From Flavobacteriales bacterium (GTDB lineage: Bacteria; Bacteroidota; Bacteroidia; Flavobacteriales_F; PHOS-HE28), in the NCBI GenBank assembly GCA_016787995.1, contig JAEUTB010000103.1, positions 39,827 to 103,826 of the forward strand: a stretch of 64,000 bases of DNA, read 5' to 3'. The position numbers and the translations under genes are program-made. This document shows, one piece after another, positions 56,260 through 64,000 of the stretch. The notes below the pieces were generated by a model. The model was not told the DNA's origin. It ran no database searches and was given only the letters and a program-made list of their open reading frames with translations. Within the stretch, counting starts at the first letter, position 1. Each line of letters starts with the position of its first letter.

Positions 56260-58401
56260 ATGGCCGACCGCATCACCATAGACATCTCGATCCTGCAAGG
56301 GATCTTCGGCGACCTCAACAAGCTGCAACAGCAGCTCGTTGGGGTCTCCGGCGGTGCCATGGCGGTGGACAGCGCGGCCAGCAAGGGATTCGGCGGCATG
56401 CGCACAGCGGTCACCGGTGCCACCACTGCCGTGAATGGTCTGGACCGCTCGGTGGATGCCAGCATGCGCAACATCGTCGGCGATATCATGGCGCCGATCG
56501 CGAAGACCCAGGAGCTGGAGAACAAGCTCCGCACCCTGGGTGACCAGGTACGCACCTCCAAGAGCGTGCGGGAGATCGTAGCGCTGAAGAAGGAAATCGC
56601 CGCTACCCAACGCGAGCTGGATGGCGTGAACCCCTCGGGGATGGAGCAGAAGGTGAGCGGCTCCTTTGGTCGCATCCGCAGCATGGTAGGTTCAATGGCA
56701 GCGCCACTTGTGGGCGCTTTCGCTGTGAGCGGCCTTACCATGTTCGCCGGTGACCTAGTGCGCTCCGCTGGAGCGGCCCAGCAGTTCGATACGGCGCTCA
56801 CCAACATGCTCCAAAGCAAGGAACGTGCGAACGAGCTGAGTGCCGATGTGAAGGCCTTTGCCGCGACCACGCCATTCGAACTGCCCGAGGTACAGGACGC
56901 CACGAAGAAGATGCTCGCCTTCGGCTTTGGTGCCGAGGACACCATACCCACGCTACGGCGCCTAGGTGACGTCGCTGCGGGCCTCGGACAGCCGGTTGGG
57001 GACCTGGCCTACCTGTACGGCACGACGCGCGTCCAGGGGCGTCTGTACACGAACGACCTGATGCAGTTCGCCAACCGTGGCATCCCCATCATTGAGGAGC
57101 TGGGGAAGGTGCTCGGCGTTAGCCAGGCTGAGGTGAAGAACCTGGTGGAGAAAGGCAAGGTCGGCTTCCCTCAAGTGGAGCAGGTCTTCGCCAACCTCAC
57201 CGCTCAGGGCAGCAAGTTCGGTGGGCTGATGGCCGCGCAGAGCTTGACCATCACTGGTCAGATCAGCAACCTGAGCGATGCCTGGGGGCAATTCAAGACG
57301 GACATGGGCCTGGCCATGGCCCCGCTCATCACCGGCATCATCGGCGGTCTTTCGGGCGGCATCGGATACCTCCGCGAAACGTTCGCCTGGGTAAGCGACA
57401 ATGGCGGTCTCGTCCTGGGTATCCTGCAAGGGGTAGCCGTGGCCGTTGGTGTGTACACCGCAGCCTTGGCCATCAACAGCGCAGCCACCTTCGTGAATAC
57501 GCTGGCCCAAAGTGGTGCAGTGGCCGCACTTGGCCTTACCGCCACGTGGACAACGCTCACTACCGCTGCAACGAACATCGCGGCCGCCGCCCAGTGGGCA
57601 TGGAACGCTGCGCTGAGCGCTAACCCGATCGGCCTGGTCGTAGTGGCCATCGCTGGTCTCGTCGCCGGTATTGTTTGGGCCTGGAACAACTTCGAAGGAT
57701 TCCGTGGTGTGGTGATGGGTGTGTGGGAGGTGCTCAAGGCAACGTTCGCCTGGATCATGGACTTCATCTCGCCGGTTATCGATGCGCTCGTATTCCAGTG
57801 GAATCTGTTCCGCGTCGGGCTAGAGCTTACCTGGGAAACGTTCGTCTCCGGCATCACAACCGTTGGCGAATGGCTCAATGTGTTCTGGGGATGGATCAAA
57901 GGCTTCGTCAGTAAGGTCGTGTCCGTGTGGAGTGCGATGGCTGATATCCTCCTCGCTCCATTCCGCACACTGTTCAGTGTACTGGCCAAGATCCCAGGCA
58001 TGGACAAGTTCATTGGCGCCGCCAAGGAACTCGGCGGCAAAGTGGGCGAAGCGTTCAGCCGTGGCCAGGAGGAAGGCCTCGCCACCTTCAACGGCGACAA
58101 GGCCGTGGAGAAGGGCGCACTCGCAACGCCTGGCATCTCAGCAGCCGCTCTCGCTAAGCCTGGTCAGGATATAGGCGCAGCGGCCTTGGTGGGCGGTGCT
58201 CCGAAGGCGGGCGCAAAGACCGAAGGTGTCACGGTCGGTGGCGATGCGAAGGGCAGCGGCCGCACGATCACCATGGACATCAAGATCACGAACAACATCG
58301 CCATGCCACGTGATGGCAACATGGGCGTGCGTGAGCTGGCAGAGAAGGTGACAGCCGCCATCGTGAACAAGATGAACGACGCGCAATTCGCGATGGGCTA
58401 A
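56260..58401 (+). CDS. tail tape measure protein
   Basis: 713-aa ORF with coiled coil and Gly/Ala-rich hydrophobic segments typical of a TMP. Confidence 0.8.
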   Translation: MADRITIDISILQGIFGDLNKLQQQLVGVSGGAMAVDSAASKGFGGMRTAVTGATTAVNGLDRSVDASMRNIVGDIMAPIAKTQELENKLRTLGDQVRTSKSVREIVALKKEIAATQRELDGVNPSGMEQKVSGSFGRIRSMVGSMAAPLVGAFAVSGLTMFAGDLVRSAGAAQQFDTALTNMLQSKERANELSADVKAFAATTPFELPEVQDATKKMLAFGFGAEDTIPTLRRLGDVAAGLGQPVGDLAYLYGTTRVQGRLYTNDLMQFANRGIPIIEELGKVLGVSQAEVKNLVEKGKVGFPQVEQVFANLTAQGSKFGGLMAAQSLTITGQISNLSDAWGQFKTDMGLAMAPLITGIIGGLSGGIGYLRETFAWVSDNGGLVLGILQGVAVAVGVYTAALAINSAATFVNTLAQSGAVAALGLTATWTTLTTAATNIAAAAQWAWNAALSANPIGLVVVAIAGLVAGIVWAWNNFEGFRGVVMGVWEVLKATFAWIMDFISPVIDALVFQWNLFRVGLELTWETFVSGITTVGEWLNVFWGWIKGFVSKVVSVWSAMADILLAPFRTLFSVLAKIPGMDKFIGAAKELGGKVGEAFSRGQEEGLATFNGDKAVEKGALATPGISAAALAKPGQDIGAAALVGGAPKAGAKTEGVTVGGDAKGSGRTITMDIKITNNIAMPRDGNMGVRELAEKVTAAIVNKMNDAQFAMG

Positions 58402-59042
58402 TGGAACTGCCTCGCTTCAATATTCCATCCGCGCTAGCGCTGCTCTACGGCATCGTTCGTCCGATCACGTTCCCCGGCCTCGCAACTGAAGCCGAGCAGC
58501 AGAATCCGGACATCAGTTTTAGTGGCGTGCAAGTCGTGCCGGACGAAGAGGCGCGTGCGACAAGCCACATCGGCACACCCATCTTCTATCCCATCACCCT
58601 GCGCGGTGGTACGTACAAGAGCTACGACCACCAGGGTAAGGTGGTGGATACTCAGCTTGGCGATCTCCGCCTACCGATCAGCTCGGTGGTGGAGATGAGT
58701 AGCACCAAGGTGATCACGAAGACACAGGTGAGCGCCAGCGGTGCCAGCGTGAAGGAGGTGTATGGCTTTGGCGACTGGGATATCCGCATCACCGGTATCC
58801 TGTTCGATGAGCAGACACATCCGAACGGCGCCAATACCGTGGAAACGATGGAAGCGCGTCTGCTGGAGTTCGATGAGCTGGCTGACAGCATTGGAGTGGA
58901 TGCAGATCTGTTCAACCGCCGTGGCATCGACCGCCTAGTGATCCGCTCCATCAACTTCCAAGCGATCCCGGGAAAGCCTCGCCTTATCGGCTACCAAATG
59001 CAGTGTGAATCTGACGCACCTATCGAGCTCCTGATCCAATGA
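58401..59042 (+). CDS. tail protein, unknown (213 aa)
   Basis: ATGA-coupled to the TMP gene. Confidence 0.45.
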   Translation: MELPRFNIPSALALLYGIVRPITFPGLATEAEQQNPDISFSGVQVVPDEEARATSHIGTPIFYPITLRGGTYKSYDHQGKVVDTQLGDLRLPISSVVEMSSTKVITKTQVSASGASVKEVYGFGDWDIRITGILFDEQTHPNGANTVETMEARLLEFDELADSIGVDADLFNRRGIDRLVIRSINFQAIPGKPRLIGYQMQCESDAPIELLIQ

Positions 59043-59239
59043 TGCACCACCACGACGAACATGCGACCATTGCGCTGAGCATCTTGGCAGGCACTGCTAC
59101 CTGGATCGCCGACCCGAACGTTTGGCGTGCGCTGGCAGTTGCTGCCGCCTGCGGCTTCGTTGGTGGTGTAGCGAAGGCGGCAGGCTTCTGGGCGTGGAAC
59201 AAGGTGCGCGAGCACCGCAACAAGACGAAGAAGGGATGA
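59039..59239 (+). CDS. small membrane protein
   Basis: 66-aa ORF with two hydrophobic helices. Confidence 0.35.
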   Translation: MMHHHDEHATIALSILAGTATWIADPNVWRALAVAAACGFVGGVAKAAGFWAWNKVREHRNKTKKG

Positions 59240-60204
59240 CGCTGGCCATGTGCTGTCATATCGTCTTCGCGGCTAACGACCGGCGTGGCGCCATTGAGCT
59301 GCGCCAGGTGTCGAGCGTGGAGGTCAGTAGCAGCATCCAGGATGTTTGCCAGTCGGCCACCATCACACTGCCGCGCAACATCCCGGCCTTCCTCAATACT
59401 GAATTGAAGCAGCTCATTCGTCGCGGCGACGAGGTGAGCATTTCGTTGGGCTACGACGGCGACCTGCGCGTGGTGGAGTTTTCTGGTTTGGCCACCCGCG
59501 TGGGCGCCGACGTTCCCGTCGTCATCGAGTGCAAGGATCGGCTCTGGAAGGTTCTTCAAGAGCCGTTTCACAAGGCCTACAAGAATGCCTGGATACCCGA
59601 GGTCTTAGAAGACATGGTGGGAGGCAAGTTGAAGTACGAGGCTATCGATGCGCGCGTGGGGCCGATGCGCGTGGTGAAGGGGAAGAAGGCCGATGTGTTC
59701 AAGGCCCTCAAGGACGAGTTCGGACTGGTCACCTACCTGAAGGGCGACACGGTCTTTTGCGGCGTGCTGTTCGACGCCAACGCACGCACCGCCACCTACG
59801 CTCTAGAGCGCAACGTGAAGAGCAGCGACCTGGTGTACAGAACTGCCGATGAGGTGAGCCTGAAGGTGACCGCTACGAGCATCAAAAGGGACGGCACCAA
59901 GATCGAGGCGGTTGTGGGTGATCCGGAAGGCGAAACGCGTACGCTCAACTACTACGGCATCACCTCTAAGGAGGAGCTGGAGAAGATAGCGACCGTCGAC
60001 CTTGAGCGGTTCAAGTTCGACGGCTACGAGGGAGGCCTGAAGGGCTTCGGCATTCCGGTATGTCAGCACGGCGACAAGGTGCAACTCACCAGCTCTGACC
60101 ACCCGGAACGCGACGGCCTCTACCTGGCCGAATCGGTCGTCGTTTCCTTCGGCCCTGATGGGTTCCAACGTGACATCAAATTGGCGCAGCAATGGACAGC
60201 TTAG
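59236..60204 (+). CDS. tail/baseplate hub protein, late control D (GPD)-like
   Basis: 322-aa ORF. Size and position after the TMP match Mu gpP / P2 gpD. Confidence 0.55.
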   Translation: MTLAMCCHIVFAANDRRGAIELRQVSSVEVSSSIQDVCQSATITLPRNIPAFLNTELKQLIRRGDEVSISLGYDGDLRVVEFSGLATRVGADVPVVIECKDRLWKVLQEPFHKAYKNAWIPEVLEDMVGGKLKYEAIDARVGPMRVVKGKKADVFKALKDEFGLVTYLKGDTVFCGVLFDANARTATYALERNVKSSDLVYRTADEVSLKVTATSIKRDGTKIEAVVGDPEGETRTLNYYGITSKEELEKIATVDLERFKFDGYEGGLKGFGIPVCQHGDKVQLTSSDHPERDGLYLAESVVVSFGPDGFQRDIKLAQQWTA

Positions 60205-60692
60205 AGAAGCTCAAGCTCGCCATCATCGAGTCCATCAAGTCCCGCATTCCGGTGCAGACGATCTGGGCCGAATGTGTCAGCACGAACATCGAGGACGGCA
60301 CCATGGTCGCCAAAGCCGACGAGCTGGAGTACGATGACGTGCTCCTTGGCCTCGGTCCCGATATCACGGTGCCCGAGGTAGGCGCAAAGGTGCTCCTCGG
60401 CCTGGTGGCCAACCAGCGCGAGGCCACTTATCTGCTCTACACAGACCGCATATCTCTACGTCGTATCAATGGCGACGTGTTCGGCGGCCTGGTAAAGGTC
60501 GAAGAGCTGGTGATGGAGCTGAACAGCATCAAGCAGGACTTGAACACGCTGAAGGCTTCCATCACAGCATGGGTTCCCGTGCCGAGTGATGGTGGTGCTG
60601 CACTCAAGGCATCGGTCACGGCTTGGTCGTCACAATCGTTGCAGCCTGCCGTTTCTGCTCAACTCCAGAACCCCATCGTTACCCATGGCTGA
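60192..60692 (+). CDS. baseplate protein (166 aa)
   Basis: Overlaps its neighbours. Confidence 0.45.
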   Translation: MDSLEKLKLAIIESIKSRIPVQTIWAECVSTNIEDGTMVAKADELEYDDVLLGLGPDITVPEVGAKVLLGLVANQREATYLLYTDRISLRRINGDVFGGLVKVEELVMELNSIKQDLNTLKASITAWVPVPSDGGAALKASVTAWSSQSLQPAVSAQLQNPIVTHG

Positions 60693-60966
60693 GCGCGACT
60701 TCATTCTGGGTGATGACGGGGACATTCAGGTCCGCAACGGTGACTTCGTCGCAGGCGAGAGCCTCACTCAAGAGGTGGCGCTGATCATGCTCACCAACAA
60801 GGGCGAGATCCGCCATGATCCTCTGTGCGGCTGCGACCTGCTGAAGATGACCAACGCTCGCATGAACAGGGCGCAGCTCGAACGCCTGGTGCGCGTGCAG
60901 CTGGAGCGCGATGGCAAGAACTGGAGCGACGTGAAAGACGGTATCAATCTGCGCACCAATGGCTAG
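60685..60966 (+). CDS. baseplate wedge protein, GPW/gp25-like
   Basis: 93-aa ORF with …EIRHDPLCGCDL… resembling the gp25/W family. Confidence 0.6.
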   Translation: MAERDFILGDDGDIQVRNGDFVAGESLTQEVALIMLTNKGEIRHDPLCGCDLLKMTNARMNRAQLERLVRVQLERDGKNWSDVKDGINLRTNG

Positions 60967-61270
60967 CACAGTGATCGTACAGCCAGGACAGAGCTTGGAG
61001 GATATCGCCCTTCAGGAATACGGCAGTATCGACGGCGTGCGTGAAGTCGTGATGGATAACGAGGACGTCTTCGTCGATGGCTTCAATACTCGGCTGTTGC
61101 CAGGGACGACTCTCGTAGTTCGCGACGTGCCGCTGAACCGCGTCGTGTATTCCACCATGCGCAAACTGCGCATTGTTCCTGCTACGCTCGGCGACAATGG
61201 CCCTGACCCACTCGGGACACAGGGCGACTATAACGGGGACTTCAACGGCGACCACTTCATCACTACCTAA
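60959..61270 (+). CDS. tail protein (103 aa)
   Basis: Overlapping start. Confidence 0.4.
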   Translation: MASTVIVQPGQSLEDIALQEYGSIDGVREVVMDNEDVFVDGFNTRLLPGTTLVVRDVPLNRVVYSTMRKLRIVPATLGDNGPDPLGTQGDYNGDFNGDHFITT

Positions 61271-62373
61271 TGGCAACGTTCATCTTTAATACCCTGCCCG
61301 AGCTGATCACGTACCTGACAGGACAGATCGGCCCGAACGGTGATCAGGAGATCACCGGTCAGCGCCATCAGGATGTGGTGGTCACCATCGCGCAGAGCCT
61401 CGTCAACATCGTCGCGTCCATCCCGCCGACGACCGTCAACCAGTTTCCTCCGTACAACGCGGGCACGGTGTACACCGGCGGTCTGGAAGTCGTGGTGCGC
61501 CACTCGGGCAAGCTGTGGCTCTTTGTGAGCTCTACCAACCAGCTCGCCGTTACGCCAGGCACCAACGCCCTTGTGTGGCAAGAACTCACAGCCGTGCAGC
61601 TGGCGCACTTCCGCAACCAGGATCAGATGCTGGACCAAGGCGGTCCGAATCAGGTCACCGCAGCCGAGCTAAAGGCGCTTCTCGGTGCGCAGAGTACGTT
61701 GACCTGGAAGCCGCCATTCGATGATGTGGGCGCAACTCCGCCGGTAACGCCCGAGGCTGACTTTGTATGGTTGGTCGATGTTGGTGCGACCGGTGCCTGG
61801 GCAGGCCATGAACTGACGCTCGCCAAGTGGGTGCTCGGTGCGTGGCAATACACTCAGCTGGTCGATGGTGACGTGACGCGTTGGACCGGAGGTGGCTTCA
61901 TCGTGTTCGTGACCGGTGGTGCTTTGGAGCTGTTCGACCTCAATATGCTGGCCACGCCTCCGGCTGCCACTCTTGCGCAGGTACTTGAGCAAGGACGGAG
62001 CAGTGGACCTTATCGCCCTATCCTTCAAAGGAGCTTCCATCTTCCGCCAACCTCGATAAATCACAGCGCGTCTGGAACGCTTACGTTGGACCCGGCCACT
62101 TCTGCATCCTGGGCCATCACCCTTACGGCCAATCTTACCCTGGCGGCAAATAGCACAGCGGCTACAGGGCTCTACTTCATCGATCTGTATGGCAGCACAG
62201 GGACCTCATTCACGTTCGGCGTGAACTCTACCATAGTCGTTGGCCTTGGTGTGTCATTACCCAGCACCATACTCAACGGTGAGCACTACAAGCTCGTTTG
62301 CACCAGCCAGTATGTGGGTGGTGAAGCGACCTCGAATGCTCTGGTCATCATCGGCTGTTACAAGATCAACTGA
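61270..62373 (+). CDS. tail/baseplate protein (367 aa)
   Basis: Thr/Gly/Ala-rich. Confidence 0.45.
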   Translation: MATFIFNTLPELITYLTGQIGPNGDQEITGQRHQDVVVTIAQSLVNIVASIPPTTVNQFPPYNAGTVYTGGLEVVVRHSGKLWLFVSSTNQLAVTPGTNALVWQELTAVQLAHFRNQDQMLDQGGPNQVTAAELKALLGAQSTLTWKPPFDDVGATPPVTPEADFVWLVDVGATGAWAGHELTLAKWVLGAWQYTQLVDGDVTRWTGGGFIVFVTGGALELFDLNMLATPPAATLAQVLEQGRSSGPYRPILQRSFHLPPTSINHSASGTLTLDPATSASWAITLTANLTLAANSTAATGLYFIDLYGSTGTSFTFGVNSTIVVGLGVSLPSTILNGEHYKLVCTSQYVGGEATSNALVIIGCYKIN

Positions 62374-62375
62374 CC

Positions 62376-63218
62376 ATGGCAATCACAAGCGAAGAGATCT
62401 ATAACCAGCTGGCGCAAAAGGTAGCCGAGCAGCCTGGTCTTGCTGGTTTGTCCCCAGCGCCTGATTCGGCCGCACAGCTGGCCACGGCCTTGTCCTCGAA
62501 CAGCCGCGTGTCCATCTGGCGGTTGCTGATGCGCGCGGTGAGCTATGTCCATAAGACCCAGCAGGACAACTTCGACCGCTTCCGGCTGGAGGTGGTCGGT
62601 CTGGCCAGGGACAACATGTACGGGACGCGCCGCTGGTTCATCGCCCGAGCGAAGGCCTTTCAGATCGGACACAGCCTGGTGTTCACCTCGAACGATGCTC
62701 AGTACGCCACGGATGATCCTGCGGCACGTATCGTGACACATGCGGCCGTGGTGGAACTCGCCAACGTGGTGGTGGTGAAGGTGGCAAAGGCAGCGGGAAC
62801 GGGCCTGGCCAAGCTCACTAGCGCCGAGCAGGTGGCCATCAACGACTACTTCCAGGAGCTGCGCCCACCGGTGCAAGTTGCCGTGCTTACGGCCGACCCA
62901 GATCGCATCAAGCTCAATGGTTCCGTCGTGTACGATGGCCAGACGCCTCTCGGAGGTGTTCAGTCGGCCGTCCAGTTCGAACTGGCACAGTACCTCAAGT
63001 CCCTCGACTTCGGCGGCGTCGTGCGGCTTACCGACCTGCGCGAGGCCATTCTGCGCGCCTCCGGCGTGGTCGATGTACGACTGGACCTAGTTGAGGTGCG
63101 TACGACCGGCCCGTACACCACGATCCCGCGCGTACACTACACCTACGCTGGCCACGCAATCATCGATCCAGCCTGGCCAATAACGAGCAGCCTGCAATGG
63201 GCGGTCGGTAACGTCTGA
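62376..63218 (+). CDS. baseplate J-like protein candidate (280 aa)
   Basis: Position after the W-like gene. Confidence 0.45.
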   Translation: MAITSEEIYNQLAQKVAEQPGLAGLSPAPDSAAQLATALSSNSRVSIWRLLMRAVSYVHKTQQDNFDRFRLEVVGLARDNMYGTRRWFIARAKAFQIGHSLVFTSNDAQYATDDPAARIVTHAAVVELANVVVVKVAKAAGTGLAKLTSAEQVAINDYFQELRPPVQVAVLTADPDRIKLNGSVVYDGQTPLGGVQSAVQFELAQYLKSLDFGGVVRLTDLREAILRASGVVDVRLDLVEVRTTGPYTTIPRVHYTYAGHAIIDPAWPITSSLQWAVGNV

Positions 63219-63772
63219 TGACCTACGACTTCGACATACCCACCATCATCCGCCGGTTCGTTCCGGTGTGGTTCCGCCGACCGCGCAACCTTCAGTACGC
63301 CTATGCGCTGGCCAGCTGGTGCGAACGCATGCATCAGCAGTTCCTCACATGGCGCGAACAGGAGGTCCTGAGTCACTGGCGGTACAATGGCCTGGTGCAT
63401 TCGTTGGAATGGCTGATGAACGATGCATGGGACACAATCCAACGCCGCATCTACATCACCGTGGCCGACCAGGTGCCTGTGGTGTACCACGCGACTGAAG
63501 GCGACCCTGTGGTGGCCAACTACCTGACGGAGGGCGTTCTGAGCGGCTATTACCACTTGGACGAGTCGGCGATCTCGGAGCCGTACCGATACGAGTTCCT
63601 GGTCAACATCCCGGTCGCCTTGGGGGGCATCCCTACGACCATTCTCTTCCAGCAACTCGACATCTTCCGTTTCGCGGGTCGTCGACCTGCCATCCGCTTC
63701 TTCGACCCCGATGACAACACGGTGTCGATGGTCTACTACGACGCCACTGAACCACCGTTTAACCAGCTCTGA
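63218..63772 (+). CDS. tail protein (184 aa)
   Basis: Start overlaps the upstream stop. Confidence 0.45.
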   Translation: MTYDFDIPTIIRRFVPVWFRRPRNLQYAYALASWCERMHQQFLTWREQEVLSHWRYNGLVHSLEWLMNDAWDTIQRRIYITVADQVPVVYHATEGDPVVANYLTEGVLSGYYHLDESAISEPYRYEFLVNIPVALGGIPTTILFQQLDIFRFAGRRPAIRFFDPDDNTVSMVYYDATEPPFNQL

Positions 63773-64000
63773 TGGATCGTTTCAAACCTCGCTCAGGCAC
63801 GCCCGCTCCCTACTGGCGGCACATGACCTACATCGCCGACAGCTACGACCGCGCCATCCGCTCGGCCTTTGCTGACTACCTGGCCATTGCCGACTCGTTC
63901 ATCATCCAAGGTGGCCTTATCACGGAGACGCCATCGGGAACGAGTACGGTCTACAGCGTCACCGCTGGCCACGCCTTCTACAAAGGCGAGCTGCTATACT
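63772..64000 (+). CDS. tail protein, 5' part only (continues beyond the window)
   Basis: Open frame running to the window end. Confidence 0.35.
   Translation, partial: MDRFKPRSGTPAPYWRHMTYIADSYDRAIRSAFADYLAIADSFIIQGGLITETPSGTSTVYSVTAGHAFYKGELLY

Larger units (their letters stand above)
28540..64000. mobile_element. Mu-like transposable prophage (myovirus type), right end beyond the window
   Basis: MuA-like DDE transposase, MuB-like ATPase, Ner-like and repressor HTH proteins, Mu-type head genes (terminase, DUF935 portal + gpF domain, gpG-like, protease/scaffold, capsid) and contractile-tail genes (sheath, tube, chaperone frameshift, tape measure, GPD, gp25-like). The exact ends were not identified. 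Confidence 0.75.

Overview
High-GC (~62-65%) bacterial chromosome segment. The proteins look Bacteroidota-like: there are several secreted proteins with T9SS-type C-terminal sorting domains and SBBP beta-propeller repeats. Positions 1-28.5 kb are ordinary chromosome. They hold a truncated membrane metallophosphoesterase and a polysaccharide-biosynthesis cluster (polytopic membrane proteins, two GT4 glycosyltransferases, a WcaF-type hexapeptide acetyltransferase, and a GT2 further on). They also hold a low-GC insertion with a two-TM hypothetical protein, a UbiE/MenG-like methyltransferase, and a Crp/Fnr regulator followed by two tandem paralogous outer-membrane proteins, each preceded by a 14-bp palindrome. 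Further along are T9SS cargo proteins (one a 1557-aa vWA+SBBP giant), a CvfB/YitL S1 protein, PhnA, DUF2461, a Q/N-rich lipoprotein and an XRE-HTH/pentapeptide-repeat protein. From about 28.5 kb to the window end (and beyond) lies a Mu-like transposable prophage with a contractile tail. It carries MuA-like DDE transposase, MuB-like AAA+ ATPase, a Ner-like HTH and a divergent repressor. Its early operon holds many small ORFs and a tRNA-like gene. It also has a Dam-like (DPPY) methyltransferase and an ECF-like sigma factor. The head genes are terminase small and large, a DUF935 portal fused to a Mu gpF-like domain, gpG-like, protease/scaffold and capsid. The tail genes are sheath, tube, a chaperone with a -1 frameshift extension, tape measure, GPD-like and gp25/W-like baseplate proteins. 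Notable oddities inside the prophage are a low-GC, translationally coupled cassette of 3-4 small unknown genes between repressor and methylase, and a 3TM+CHAP hydrolase ORF with no in-frame stop that contains an embedded u-spanin-like ORF in another frame. No CRISPR array or rRNA was seen.
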